Assembly: GCA_965226495.1 (NCBI GenBank)
Contig: OZ245365.1
Coordinates: 3,552,001-3,616,000, forward strand
Source of the DNA: Candidatus Marinacidobacterales bacterium
GTDB taxonomy: Bacteria; Acidobacteriota; Vicinamibacteria; Marinacidobacterales; DATDRI01
Length of the DNA: 64,000 nt
Direction: 5' to 3'
Shown one piece after another: positions 48,821 through 59,056 of the stretch. The notes under the pieces are model-generated. The model worked only from the letters and a program-made list of their open reading frames with translations. It was not told where the DNA came from and ran no database searches. Each line of letters starts with the position of its first letter. Position 1 is the first letter of the stretch. The translations under genes were made by a program, and so were the position numbers.

Positions 48821-50542
48821 ATGACTCGACCAATTGGTTCATCCCTTCTCCTTTGCTTGCTCCTAGTCTCGGCCGGCTGTCGCACCTCCTCCGATTTCAA
48901 AGCGGGAGAAGTTGCGGAAAGCAATGGCCGTTTCGACGAAGCGGTGAGCTATTACACGCGAGCCGTCAAAAAAGATCCGAACAATTCCAACTACCAGAGC
49001 AACCTGAAGCGAGCCAAGTTGCGGGCGGCGGAGGCTCACGCTCTCCAGGCGACGAGACACAAGAACGCGGGTGAGCTCGACGCCGCGCAAAGGGAATTGC
49101 AGCTCGCACTCGCCATGAACCCAACCGACTCGAATCTGGTGCAGGAACTGGCTAAGATCGATCCTGCTATCCAAGAAAAAAACGCGCAGGTGGCGCTTAC
49201 CAACATCGACCGGCTAAAGGAACAGGCTCGTGAGACGCCGCTCGGCAGGCTGGAGCTCGCCCCCGGCAGCGAGGAACCGGCGGGTTTCCTCTTTCGTGAG
49301 GCGAGCCTAAGGGACGTGTTCTTGTCGCTCGGCAAGATGGCCGGCGTCAACATGGTCTTCGACGGAGCATTCACCGACCAGACGATTTCCATCGAGCTCC
49401 ATGACACCTCCTTCGAAGAGGCGCTCCGCTCTCTTTGCCAAGTCAGCCAGAACTTCTTTTACGTGCAGAGTGAGAACATCGTAACCATCGTTCCCGACAC
49501 ACCCATCAAACGACGAGAGTACGAGAAGCAGATTATGAAGACCTTCTATCTGTCTTCTGCGGACGTCAAGGAAACCATCGATCTACTGCGAATCGTGTTG
49601 GGAGCGCGTCGCGTAGCGCCGCACACGGCAACGAATGCTCTTACCATTGTCGACACGCCCGAAAAGGTCGCCGCCGCCGAACGTATCATCACGACCATCG
49701 ACAAGAGCCGAGCGGAAGTCGTAGTCCACCTGGAGCTACTGGAGGTGAACCGGACCAGCTTGGAGGAGTACGGGATCCAGCTTCGCTCCGGGATCGAGGG
49801 AGTCGAGGGCATCACGGTCGGCGTGTTTCCTCAACAAAGCACGACCTTGGACGGGTCACCCTACGACGCCTCGAATGTTTCTGTCGCTGGTCTTCCGGGA
49901 GCCGTCGTCCAACTCTTGCGCATGGACGGAGATACGAGGATCCTAGCGAATCCACGGCTCCGTGTGATCGACGGCCAGACCGCGACGGCTCAGTTCGGCG
50001 AGCGTGTCCCCATTCCCATCACCACGTTCACGCCCATCGCGCAGGGGGGCATCGCTCAGCAGCCGGTCACAACGTTCGAGTACCAAAACATCGGAGTGAA
50101 CATCGAGGTCACACCAAGGACGCACCACAACGACGAGGTGAGCTTGCAACTCCGCGTGCAACTCGACAACATTTCCGGAACGACGCTGCAGGGTCTACCG
50201 ACATTCGGTAACCGATTCGTGGACACGCTGCTCCGCTTGCACGACGGTGAAACTTCCCTCCTCGCAGGACTCATCCTGACCGAGGAAAGAACCAGCATGA
50301 CCGGCATACCGGGATTGGCGAGCGTGCCGGTTCTAGGACGCCTCTTCGCCGCAAACAAGGATGAAGCCAGAGAAACGGACATCGTCTTGATCCTTACTCC
50401 ACGGGTCGTGAGGCGTGCCAATCTGACATTGGATGACCTTCGGTCCTATATCGTCGAAGGTGGCACGAGCGGTGGACTTCTCTACGAAGCGCCGGTGCCA
50501 GCGCCGAGGAATCCGCGCCCCGACGAGGAGAAGAACCCCTGA
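48821..50542 (+). CDS. TPR-containing secretin (GspD/PilQ family), lipoprotein-type
   Basis: Lipobox SAGC, TPR helices, LANPRL..DG, G.N.EVTP, L.DGET.L.GL, IPGL..VP.LG.LF, LTPRVV. Confidence 0.88.
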   Translation: MTRPIGSSLLLCLLLVSAGCRTSSDFKAGEVAESNGRFDEAVSYYTRAVKKDPNNSNYQSNLKRAKLRAAEAHALQATRHKNAGELDAAQRELQLALAMNPTDSNLVQELAKIDPAIQEKNAQVALTNIDRLKEQARETPLGRLELAPGSEEPAGFLFREASLRDVFLSLGKMAGVNMVFDGAFTDQTISIELHDTSFEEALRSLCQVSQNFFYVQSENIVTIVPDTPIKRREYEKQIMKTFYLSSADVKETIDLLRIVLGARRVAPHTATNALTIVDTPEKVAAAERIITTIDKSRAEVVVHLELLEVNRTSLEEYGIQLRSGIEGVEGITVGVFPQQSTTLDGSPYDASNVSVAGLPGAVVQLLRMDGDTRILANPRLRVIDGQTATAQFGERVPIPITTFTPIAQGGIAQQPVTTFEYQNIGVNIEVTPRTHHNDEVSLQLRVQLDNISGTTLQGLPTFGNRFVDTLLRLHDGETSLLAGLILTEERTSMTGIPGLASVPVLGRLFAANKDEARETDIVLILTPRVVRRANLTLDDLRSYIVEGGTSGGLLYEAPVPAPRNPRPDEEKNP

Positions 50543-51186
50543 GCCGACGCCGGCGAAGGAGGGGCCGGCGAAGCGCTTCTAATAAAGGGACCGCTGCCGG
50601 CGACGCACCGGCTCCGACCGAATCCGAGCCGGGAAACGGTCCAAGTACAGTCGGCCGCCTCGTCCGCTTTCTCGTTCCCACTCTCATCATGGCCGGCGCT
50701 CTAGCCGGTATTTGGTACGTCTCCCAGCAATCGGGGACTTCCGACTGGTCGGCGCCCCCCGCCTCCGACCTCAAGGCCGCGCCCGACTTCACGCTGAACG
50801 ATCTGGACGGCCAAGCGGTAACCCTGTCGAGTTACGCCGGCAAGGTGGTGATTTTGGACTTCTGGGCCACTTGGTGTGCGCCGTGCCGCTACGAAGTACC
50901 TCACCTCGTGGAGCTCCAAGAACGTTTCGGCGCTCGAGGGCTTCAGGTACTCGGTGTTACGCTGGATCGCGCGCAGACAGCGGGGGACGTGATTCCGTTC
51001 AGCCGCAGATACTCTATGAACTACCCTATCCTGTGGGCGGAGATACCTGTTCTAGAAACCTACGGCGTCCTCTCAATTCCCGTCACCTTGCTCATTACGC
51101 GGGACGGAAAAATCTATCGGCGTTTCACGGGGTTCGGTGGGAATACCGCCGACGAGATGACGAGGTCCCTGCAGGAACTTTTCTAA
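50539..51186 (+). CDS. TlpA/ResA-like thiol:disulfide oxidoreductase
   Basis: APDFTL.DLDG, FWATWCAPC..E.P, YGV.SIP; frame open from CTG 50539, first ATG at 50689. Confidence 0.85.
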   Translation: MSRRRRRRGRRSASNKGTAAGDAPAPTESEPGNGPSTVGRLVRFLVPTLIMAGALAGIWYVSQQSGTSDWSAPPASDLKAAPDFTLNDLDGQAVTLSSYAGKVVILDFWATWCAPCRYEVPHLVELQERFGARGLQVLGVTLDRAQTAGDVIPFSRRYSMNYPILWAEIPVLETYGVLSIPVTLLITRDGKIYRRFTGFGGNTADEMTRSLQELF

Positions 51187-51190
51187 GCCG

Positions 51191-51228
51191 CCTTCGCCGC
51201 GGGAGTCGAACAGCGACTCGGGGCGAGG
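51191..51228. terminator. GC-rich hairpin between convergent genes
   Basis: CCTTCGCC..GAGTCG-AACAG-CGACTC..GGCGAGG stem-loop; no U-tract. Confidence 0.4.
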
Positions 51229-51235
51229 TAACGGG

Positions 51236-52024
51236 TCAAGTGGCAAGCTTGAAGGTGAGTGGGACCCGGCAGAGAAGCAGTTCGTCTCCATCTTGAATTG
51301 GAGAGAGCACGCCGGTGGAGAGTTTCTTTCCGTTGACATAGGTGCCATTCATACTGCCGATCTCTTCGGCGATGTAAAAGGAACCCTGTTTGTTCACCAG
51401 CCGTGCGTGGCGCCGGCTGACATTGCGATTGACATCCTCTTCGGTGAGATCCACTTCGGGACGGTGCCCGGTAACCGAATCGTATCGACCGAGTAGCACT
51501 TCATCTTTATAGACGTGATACATCTTGCCGCTGTTCTTCGCGACGAAGTAAGCGCGGGCCGTCTCCTTCGAAGGTATGGTCGGCGTGGGCGGTGCTTTGG
51601 AAATTCCCTCTCCGGTTGGGACCTCCGACTGTGCTCCATCCCGAGAAACCATCATGAGCTCGAGTTGCTCGGAAAACTCCCGCATCCTCATGGAGTACTT
51701 GCGGAGCATCCGAACCGCGATCTCCGGGTTGGACCGAATCATCTCCCCGAAGGTCTGGCTGTTGATAGTAATCAGGTCCGCATCTTCGAGAGCTTCGGCG
51801 TCCGCGGTCCTTGGAAGGCGCTCGAGGACCGACATCTCGCCAAAGAAATCGCCCTTTTCTAGAACGGAGATCGGAGCCTTCTTCCCGGCGATGACCTTCT
51901 GGATAGACACCCTTCCCGTTTGGATGATGTACATCTCGTCGCCCTCATCTCCCTCTCGGAAGATGTAGTCCCCCTTACCGTAGTGAGAGAGGAACTTGGC
52001 GAACGGGTTCGCCTTCTCCGACAT
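51236..52024 (-). CDS. Cyclic-nucleotide-binding + FHA domain protein
   Basis: IFREGDEGD.MY.I..G, GDFFGEMS...PRTA; LGR.D, VSRRHA, SMNGTYVNG. Confidence 0.9.
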   Translation of the reverse strand: MSEKANPFAKFLSHYGKGDYIFREGDEGDEMYIIQTGRVSIQKVIAGKKAPISVLEKGDFFGEMSVLERLPRTADAEALEDADLITINSQTFGEMIRSNPEIAVRMLRKYSMRMREFSEQLELMMVSRDGAQSEVPTGEGISKAPPTPTIPSKETARAYFVAKNSGKMYHVYKDEVLLGRYDSVTGHRPEVDLTEEDVNRNVSRRHARLVNKQGSFYIAEEIGSMNGTYVNGKKLSTGVLSPIQDGDELLLCRVPLTFKLAT

Positions 52025-52262
52025 AAAACCTTCGCCGCCTCGTTGGAATGAGCCCTAGACCCTTAGCTGTGAGCAAGATAGCACGAGGCCCCCGCCTTGT
52101 CAACCAGAGGCGTTGAGCAGTTGCCAGGGCGGCATGCCGATTTGACGTCGGAACCATCCCATGATATCCTCCGCGGATTGTTTTGAGCTAACAGAGTCCT
52201 TCCACCGGGGCTTTATCAGCAAAAAGGCGCCGCAGCGATGCAGCTCTGGTCGAATTGAAACC

Positions 52263-53366
52263 ATGGCTCAGGACACTCAGTCAGACTACAACCAAAGATT
52301 GAGAAGGGTCTTGGATGTTACCAAGGCCTTCCGTTCCATCATCCACCTGGACGTGTTGCTCGACACGATCGTCCAGACTGCTGCAGAGACGGTGGGTACC
52401 GAAGCAGGATCTATCCTGCTCATGGACGAGCATCAGAAACTCTGCTTCCACAGCGCCTACGGGACCAAAGCCTCCAAGGTCAAGCCCCTGGTCGTGACGC
52501 CGGGGGAAGGGATCGCCGGTTGGACCGCTAAGACGAGACGCGCCGCCCTGGTCAACGACGTCACTAACGACTCTCGGTTCGACCACCGTTTCGACGAATC
52601 CACCGGCTTCACCACGCGCTCCGTACTGTGTGTGCCACTACTAATCGAGCATCGTGTCATCGGCGTGCTGGAGCTGGTCAACAAATGCGACAACGCCCCC
52701 TTCGGCGAGCAGGACCAGAACATTCTCTTCAACCTTGCCGACCAGGCCGCCATCTCCATCGAGCACGTGCGCCTTCGGGACGCGCAGAACAACTACTCGA
52801 CGCACGTCATCGAAATTCTAATCGGGGCGATGGATACCCATGTGCCGGCAAAAGCAGGGCACGCCCGCCGTGTCGCTCGCTACGCCAACTTGGTTGGACA
52901 AGGCCTGGGACTCAACGAGGGAGGGCTCAAGACTCTCTATTTCGCTGGCCTTCTGCACGACATCGGTTTGCTCAAACTAGATGCTTTCGGGGAATGGACT
53001 CGCGAGCGAATCGAGCTTCACCCGGTGTTCGGCTATGAGCTGGTCAAGGACATCATTTTTTGGAAAGAGATGGCGCCGTTCATCCTGCACCACCACGAAC
53101 GCTGGGATGGACGCGGCTATCCAGCAAAGCTGGAGGGCGCGGCGATTCCGCTCGGGGCCCGGATTATCGGCGCGTGCGAGGCCTTTGACATCATCACCAG
53201 CAAGTTCTCGTACAAATCACCCCTGCCTTACGAAATGGCGCTCCGCGAAATGGATGCTCACTCGGGAACTCAGTTCGACCCTGAAGTGGTCGGAGCCATC
53301 AAGGCTCAGGTTCAGGAAAAGGACACCATCGAGAAAACGCCCTCCCCTCCGCCAACCAAGGATTGA
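52263..53366 (+). CDS. GAF + HD-GYP c-di-GMP phosphodiesterase
   Basis: GEGIAGW, TGF.TRS.LCVPL, NK; HARRVA, LHDIG, HHERWDGRGYP, GTQFDP. Confidence 0.9.
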   Translation: MAQDTQSDYNQRLRRVLDVTKAFRSIIHLDVLLDTIVQTAAETVGTEAGSILLMDEHQKLCFHSAYGTKASKVKPLVVTPGEGIAGWTAKTRRAALVNDVTNDSRFDHRFDESTGFTTRSVLCVPLLIEHRVIGVLELVNKCDNAPFGEQDQNILFNLADQAAISIEHVRLRDAQNNYSTHVIEILIGAMDTHVPAKAGHARRVARYANLVGQGLGLNEGGLKTLYFAGLLHDIGLLKLDAFGEWTRERIELHPVFGYELVKDIIFWKEMAPFILHHHERWDGRGYPAKLEGAAIPLGARIIGACEAFDIITSKFSYKSPLPYEMALREMDAHSGTQFDPEVVGAIKAQVQEKDTIEKTPSPPPTKD

Positions 53367-53387
53367 CCGGGTCCAGACTAGACCAGT

Positions 53388-54749
53388 CTAGAAATGCGGC
53401 TTGGTGGTGCCTTCGGACGGCACCACTTGCAGAACGTCGCGCTTACTCACCTCCTGCAGCAGGGTTACCAGGTAGGCGTCGAAGCGGTGGGCAATCTGTA
53501 TTAAGCCGGGGATACTTTCGCACTTGAGGATCTCTACGAAGAAGAGCTCGAAGCCCGCCCAGTCTCGATACATCAGATACTTCAGCGAAGTCTCGTAGAA
53601 GTCCGCAACAATTTGCTTGAGCTCCTGCGCCAACTTCTCCTCTCGCGTCTGCTGAAAGGCGTGAACTGTCCTCAACATGTTCACCAACGAATCTCGCAGC
53701 GCGCGCGATTGTTCGAGCTTATTCGCGAAGTGATCGAAAACCGTCTTCCCCTCTAGTTCCGGATCGAAGACCTGTGCCAATTGAATCACCGACTGCTGGA
53801 AGCAATCGCGGAGAATGCCGTGGGAGTTCTCGATACGCATGTAGACAGTGTCCGCCTGGTTGTAGAAATAGAGATCGGAAAGCTCGGAGTGAATGACCTT
53901 TCTGAGCTCCAAGGGTATGCAGTAAACGAAACTATCGAGCGTTTCTTGCAGGGTGGTGTTTAGAAGAAGGGTCGGTGCGGTGCGTTGGATCGATTCTAGC
54001 ATGGTGCGCGCTTCGGAAGTGATTAAGGAGAAGATGAGCATCGTCATCCTGAGCTCAGCAGGTTTTCGCTTCTTGGGATCGGCGAACTCCAAGTAGTGGA
54101 TTAACCGGAAGAACTCCAGACACGCCTTGGCGACGAGGCGGCGCACGTCCTTATCCTCGATTCGGTAGATGAGCTCGGAAACGGCTTCGCTGGGAATACG
54201 GTCGTAGGCAGGCTTGAACTTCTTGTCCATCAGAAGGGACAGGTGCTCGTCTCGCCGGATCTCACGGTAGATCAGGCGGCCGACGCTTTGAAACGTGGCA
54301 TAGGGTACCCGAGACAGCTTGGTCAGCTCGGAGAGGATGACGTAGAGGTCCTCGAAACCTTCTCGCAAAAGTGTGAGGCCCGCTTGGGGACTGCTTTGGT
54401 GAAGCAGCCGCGCGATATAGGGATCGGTAACGTCGTCCGCACGCAGGAAGTTCTCCACGTACTTGTCGAAGCGCTCCTGGTTGACCCGGTCCTCGCTCGC
54501 CAGAAGGGTGCACAGCTGCGTGACGCGGTGAACGGCGGCGGCCACCAACGATACCTCCTCATAGAAACTCCGAAGGGTGAGGGCGTTGCCGGAATCGGGG
54601 AACTGGGGTTGGTTGCTCACCCGAAAATAACGCTCGAAGCTCTTGAGCCACATCTCGAGCTCGAAGAGGTACTCGAGCCGCTCCGACCGGCCGAGGTCCT
54701 CGATCCAGTGGGACATCTGGCCGATCAGGAACTCTGACCTATCGGACAC
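53388..54749 (-). CDS. Hypothetical alpha-helical protein
   Basis: 453 aa, GGAGG RBS, no TM or signal peptide; no family recognised. Confidence 0.75.
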   Translation of the reverse strand: MSDRSEFLIGQMSHWIEDLGRSERLEYLFELEMWLKSFERYFRVSNQPQFPDSGNALTLRSFYEEVSLVAAAVHRVTQLCTLLASEDRVNQERFDKYVENFLRADDVTDPYIARLLHQSSPQAGLTLLREGFEDLYVILSELTKLSRVPYATFQSVGRLIYREIRRDEHLSLLMDKKFKPAYDRIPSEAVSELIYRIEDKDVRRLVAKACLEFFRLIHYLEFADPKKRKPAELRMTMLIFSLITSEARTMLESIQRTAPTLLLNTTLQETLDSFVYCIPLELRKVIHSELSDLYFYNQADTVYMRIENSHGILRDCFQQSVIQLAQVFDPELEGKTVFDHFANKLEQSRALRDSLVNMLRTVHAFQQTREEKLAQELKQIVADFYETSLKYLMYRDWAGFELFFVEILKCESIPGLIQIAHRFDAYLVTLLQEVSKRDVLQVVPSEGTTKPHF

Positions 54750-54974
54750 ACTACCCTCCCGCGGGGTGAGGCGCTAAGCTCCTTCAGTATGGATACTTAC
54801 CTTGGATTTTATCATGGCCAGTAGGCCCACGAAAGTGGCGGCGGGGAGCATGGACGGTGTAGCCGAAATCGGGTAAAATAGTTATGTAATCCTGAAAAAA
54901 TCGGAGATTCCCGGACAGGGATGATGAGCGACGACGCGTGAGAGCGTCCTCACCGTCTCCGTCCAAGTCAGGAA

Positions 54975-56585
54975 ATGTCGAAACCCTGTATTGTCTGCGT
55001 GGACGAAGAGCCGGCGCGGCTCGGGCGTTTGGCCACCCTCGTCGAGCAAAAGTTCGGAGAAACCTACCAGCTTCGGTGTTATTCCTCGTCCGAGGAATGC
55101 CTGGAGGGACTGGTCGCGAGGGCAGAAGGGAATCCCTCCGTTGCCTCCGTTGCCTCCGTTCCTCTCGTCTTGTGTGACGAGTCGCTGCACGCCCTCATTG
55201 TCCAGCTCGAGCAGCATCCCGTGCCCGTAGCTAACGTCGTCCTGGTTCGCAGTGGCTGGGAATTCGGGCCGCTCGTTGATGCCATCGAGCGCCAGCTGAC
55301 GCGGCAAGACGAATCCGCCGTAGGCTCGGCGGCCCATCAACACGCAGTAGAAAAGAAAAATGCTTCGCTCGAAGCCTTACATCAAATCGGCGTGGCGCTC
55401 GCTTCCAGCTTCGATATCGATTCGATCCTACGCCAAATTACGCGAGCCGCCTTGTTGCTGCTGGGCAACGTCCCGGTGGACGTCTTCTATGCAGGGTCCC
55501 GTAAGATTAACTCGCAGCCGAGATGGCTCCCGCCTACGCCCACCGCGGGACACCTGTCACAAGACGACCGGACAGCGCTCGAACAAAGGGTCACCGCCTT
55601 GGCCGATGATGATACGGCTCATGATTCAGCGACGGAGGCCTTCGAGTCTCGACGCCCTGACGGGCGCATCGATATGGGACAGATCATCCCCATCGCCCAG
55701 CAGGAGAACGTCCTCGGACTGATCGTCGTCGAGTCCAGTCGGTCACTAAGTCCAGAGGACTTGGGGCTCCTTTCCATCCTTAGCCTGCAAGCCGCCACCG
55801 CACTCCACAACATCCACATCACCCAAGAACGCATACACTTCGAGCGACTGTCGGCGGTGGGTCGCATGATCGGGTCGGTCGTTCACGATTTCAGAAGCCC
55901 TCTGACCGCCGTGCGCGGCTACGCGGGAATGCTAGCCTCGCTCACCGTCTCAGAAGAACACCGAAAAGAGTACGCGCGCCTCATCGTCGAAGAATGCGAT
56001 CGTCTGGGAGGCCTGACCGACGAGCTGTTGGAGCTTACCCGGGGAAGCCGGACCAAACCGGTAATCCGGAGAGTGGATCTGGCAGATTTCTTCCGGGACC
56101 TCGAACCGTCCCTCGAGGCTCAGTTCATGGACAGCGAGGTCCGCCTAAAGGTCGAGCTCGGATACCGAGGCCCGGTGTCCCTGGACTCGGCTCGCATGAC
56201 CCGGGCGATCCTAAACGTGGCCGCCAATGCTCGTCAGGCGATCGATGGCGAGGGGTCGTTCGCCATCCGCTCCAAGCAAGATCTCGAGCACGTGGTTTTG
56301 GAATTCGAGGACACCGGCTGCGGTATTCCAGACGACGTCCGCCACCGGATCTTCGAGCCCTTCTTCTCCTATGGCAAAGCGCAAGGCATCGGGCTGGGGA
56401 TGTGCATCATCCAGCGAATCGTACAAGAGCACGGCGGTCAGACGGTACTGAGCAGTCAACCGGGAGTCGGAACGGTCGTGAAGTTCTTACTTCCTCTCGA
56501 AAGGGTTGGTGAGGCAGAGTCTTCGAAAAACATAGCGGACGTTGAGCATTCCACGGCCGCGATGACTCGTGGCCGCCGTTCATAG
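54975..56585 (+). CDS. GAF sensor histidine kinase with degenerate N-terminal receiver-like region
   Basis: HDFRSPL H-box, N..NA, DTGCGI, FEPFF, GIGLG; N-terminal IVCVDEE. Confidence 0.88.
   Translation: MSKPCIVCVDEEPARLGRLATLVEQKFGETYQLRCYSSSEECLEGLVARAEGNPSVASVASVPLVLCDESLHALIVQLEQHPVPVANVVLVRSGWEFGPLVDAIERQLTRQDESAVGSAAHQHAVEKKNASLEALHQIGVALASSFDIDSILRQITRAALLLLGNVPVDVFYAGSRKINSQPRWLPPTPTAGHLSQDDRTALEQRVTALADDDTAHDSATEAFESRRPDGRIDMGQIIPIAQQENVLGLIVVESSRSLSPEDLGLLSILSLQAATALHNIHITQERIHFERLSAVGRMIGSVVHDFRSPLTAVRGYAGMLASLTVSEEHRKEYARLIVEECDRLGGLTDELLELTRGSRTKPVIRRVDLADFFRDLEPSLEAQFMDSEVRLKVELGYRGPVSLDSARMTRAILNVAANARQAIDGEGSFAIRSKQDLEHVVLEFEDTGCGIPDDVRHRIFEPFFSYGKAQGIGLGMCIIQRIVQEHGGQTVLSSQPGVGTVVKFLLPLERVGEAESSKNIADVEHSTAAMTRGRRS
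55135..55160 (+). repeat. 9-bp tandem repeat within the kinase gene
   Basis: CCTCCGTTG x ~3, encoding SVASVASV. Confidence 0.7.
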
Positions 56586-56657
56586 GGCGCTGCCGCGGTC
56601 TGTTTTCTTGCAACTCCGTGTTCTGGCGCCCCTCACTAGTTCCCGTTGTAGCAACTC

Positions 56658-58085
56658 TCAGGAAGCTTCACTCAACTTCTGGAGGAGTTTCTGATGAAAA
56701 CCCCCGAAGCTGCCGTTCGACATCCCCAAGACGACATCTCCGTCGCCGAGCCGTTGACTCAGGAAGTCCACGATCTCCTCGACCTCGGGGATGAACCAAG
56801 CCTCGACCCCTCCGGCACTCAGCGCTTTCACCACGTCTTCCTCCGAAAGCTCTTGCTCCGACGTCAGGCGCCTACTCGAGTAGACGGCTGCCAAAACCAC
56901 TCGGTCCGCAAGACCCAGAGCTCCGGCGAACTCGTCCTGGAAAACCTGGCTCCGGGCCGTGTAAGACCGCGGCTCGAAAACCGCCCATACCTTCCGGCCC
57001 GGCCAGCGCTGCCGAGCAGACTCCACAGTGTGGCGGATCGCCGTCGGGTGATGGGCGAAATCGTCGACGACGGTGACGCCCCGCTGTTTTCCGCGAACTT
57101 GCAGGCGTCGGGCGACGCCCTGGAAAGAGTGCAAACCGGCCGCGACCTCCTCCGCACTCAAGCCCAGGCGATGGGCGACCGCAATAACAGCGAGGGGGTT
57201 TTTCAACGCGGACGCCCCCCAGAAGGGACCGGCCATGGACGCGTACCGCTTACCCTCGTGCCATACTTCGAAACGGCTTCCCCCTTCATCGACCTTAATC
57301 TCACGTGTCTCCCAAGTGGCGGCACGACCCACCGCGAAGGTCTCCACCGGACAAAAAGCGCGCTCGGCGATCTCTAGCGCGGTCCGACTCTCCGCTCCGA
57401 CTACCAACAAACCGCCCCGGGGAATCAGATTGACCAATCGGCTAAAGACAGTCACGACCGAATCGAGATCGGGGTAGATGTCGGCGTGGTCATACTCGAC
57501 GTTACCGAGTACAACTAACTGAGGAAGGTAGTGAAGAAACTTCGGCCCTTTATCGAAGTAGGCGGTATCGTACTCATCTCCTTCGATGACGAAGTTCTCT
57601 CCGGGCGCCAGTTGGTAGCTCTTACCGAAGTTGAGCGGGATGCCACCCACTAAGAAACTGGGATCACGCTTGGCGCTTTGAAGGACCCAAGCCATTAACG
57701 ACGTTGTCGTGGTCTTACCGTGTGTTCCCGCCATCACCACCGGGGACCGCTCCTGCAAAAATAAGTCCTTCAAGACAGCCGGCATCGAGGTGTAAGGCAG
57801 ATTCCGATCCAGAACTTCTTCGAGCTCAGGGTTACCTCGAGAGACGGCGTTTCCGACCACGACCAGGTCGACGTCGGCGGCAAGGTTGTCCGAACGGTAT
57901 GGAGAGTGAACGGGTATCCCGAGCTCGGCCAGCATCTCGGACATCGGTGGGTAGATGTCTTCGTCGGAACCCGACACCCGGCAGCCCTTCTCTTTGAGCA
58001 TGCCGGCGAGAGACGCCATCGCCGTGCCGCAGATACCGAGTAGGTGTATCCGGGCTCCATCAGGCATCGGGGAGCCGATGCTCAA
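56658..58085 (-). CDS. mpl: Murein tripeptide ligase
   Basis: GICGTAM, YPPMS, GTHGKTTT, EGDEYDTAYFDK.PKF, DDFAHHPTA, FEPRS.T, MSNG.FGG. Confidence 0.93.
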   Translation of the reverse strand: MSIGSPMPDGARIHLLGICGTAMASLAGMLKEKGCRVSGSDEDIYPPMSEMLAELGIPVHSPYRSDNLAADVDLVVVGNAVSRGNPELEEVLDRNLPYTSMPAVLKDLFLQERSPVVMAGTHGKTTTTSLMAWVLQSAKRDPSFLVGGIPLNFGKSYQLAPGENFVIEGDEYDTAYFDKGPKFLHYLPQLVVLGNVEYDHADIYPDLDSVVTVFSRLVNLIPRGGLLVVGAESRTALEIAERAFCPVETFAVGRAATWETREIKVDEGGSRFEVWHEGKRYASMAGPFWGASALKNPLAVIAVAHRLGLSAEEVAAGLHSFQGVARRLQVRGKQRGVTVVDDFAHHPTAIRHTVESARQRWPGRKVWAVFEPRSYTARSQVFQDEFAGALGLADRVVLAAVYSSRRLTSEQELSEEDVVKALSAGGVEAWFIPEVEEIVDFLSQRLGDGDVVLGMSNGSFGGFHQKLLQKLSEAS

Positions 58086-58993
58086 ACGACCGCCCCCTCC
58101 AAGAGACTGAGTCCGTTCTCGTCGACTCGAGCTCGGACCCCGAAGGGTAGAGTCTGGGCGGCAGAAACGGAGTGCCCGGAGGGAAAACCGGATAGCACCG
58201 GTACCCCCAATTGCTGGGTGGCATCCTTGAGCACTTCATCCAATTCGTACCCTTGTGAAGGGTGCTGTTCACAATTGGGCATCTCGCCAAAAACCAAGCC
58301 CCGAACACCCTCCAACTTTCCAGCCAACCGGAGCTGCTGCAACATGCGGTCGATTTGATAAGGCTTGACCGACGTGTCCTCGAGAAAAACGATGGTGTCA
58401 GAGAAGCTGGGTAGATACGGTGTACCGACCAAAGCGGCAACCAGCGAAAGACAACCTCCCAATAATATTCCCTCTCCGGCACCGGGGTGGAGAACTCGCA
58501 CCGACGCGGAGAGCCGTCCTGCAGGTTCCGAATTACCGAGGATTCCGAGAAGGTTTTCGACGTCGTATGCGGACTCCCCTCTCGCCATCTGCTGCGCCAC
58601 CATCGGGCCGTGGAAGGAGACCATGCCAGCCTGTCCCGCCAAGAAGCACAGCAGGGCGGTGGGATCGCTGGCACCGAGAAGGATCTTTGGATTGGCCTTC
58701 AGACGATTCGGGTCCAACCGTTCCAGCAACTCCAGGCTGCCATATCCACCGCGCGCACAAAAAATGGCGGCCACCTCCGGATCTTCCCAGAGCTCGACGA
58801 AATCGGCCGTGCGCTGGGAGGCATCGCCCGCTGTGAATCGGGAGCGAGCATAAAGCGAGCTCCCGAGCCGAGTACGAAACCCAAGCCGGGCGAGCTCCTC
58901 CAAGCCCCTCTCCATGAACTCGGCCCGCACCGGACTTGCCGGCGCGATGACGCCGATTGTTGCCGGCGGCTTCAGAGCAGGTGGTTTAAGCAT
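58082..58993 (-). CDS. ldcA: LD-carboxypeptidase (S66)
   Basis: APAS, RGGYG, GASD.T, HGP, GG.L, FLED, GH. Confidence 0.9.
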   Translation of the reverse strand: MLKPPALKPPATIGVIAPASPVRAEFMERGLEELARLGFRTRLGSSLYARSRFTAGDASQRTADFVELWEDPEVAAIFCARGGYGSLELLERLDPNRLKANPKILLGASDPTALLCFLAGQAGMVSFHGPMVAQQMARGESAYDVENLLGILGNSEPAGRLSASVRVLHPGAGEGILLGGCLSLVAALVGTPYLPSFSDTIVFLEDTSVKPYQIDRMLQQLRLAGKLEGVRGLVFGEMPNCEQHPSQGYELDEVLKDATQQLGVPVLSGFPSGHSVSAAQTLPFGVRARVDENGLSLLEGAVV

Positions 58994-59056
58994 GGATTCG
59001 TCGAACGGTTTCGTGAAAACGGCGTGCAGCTTTGAGGCGGTCGAAATCGGCGGAGC

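Noticed and set aside
55081-55098. ATTCCTCG-TC-CGAGGAAT palindrome
   Set aside because: Inside a coding region, single copy; likely coincidental.
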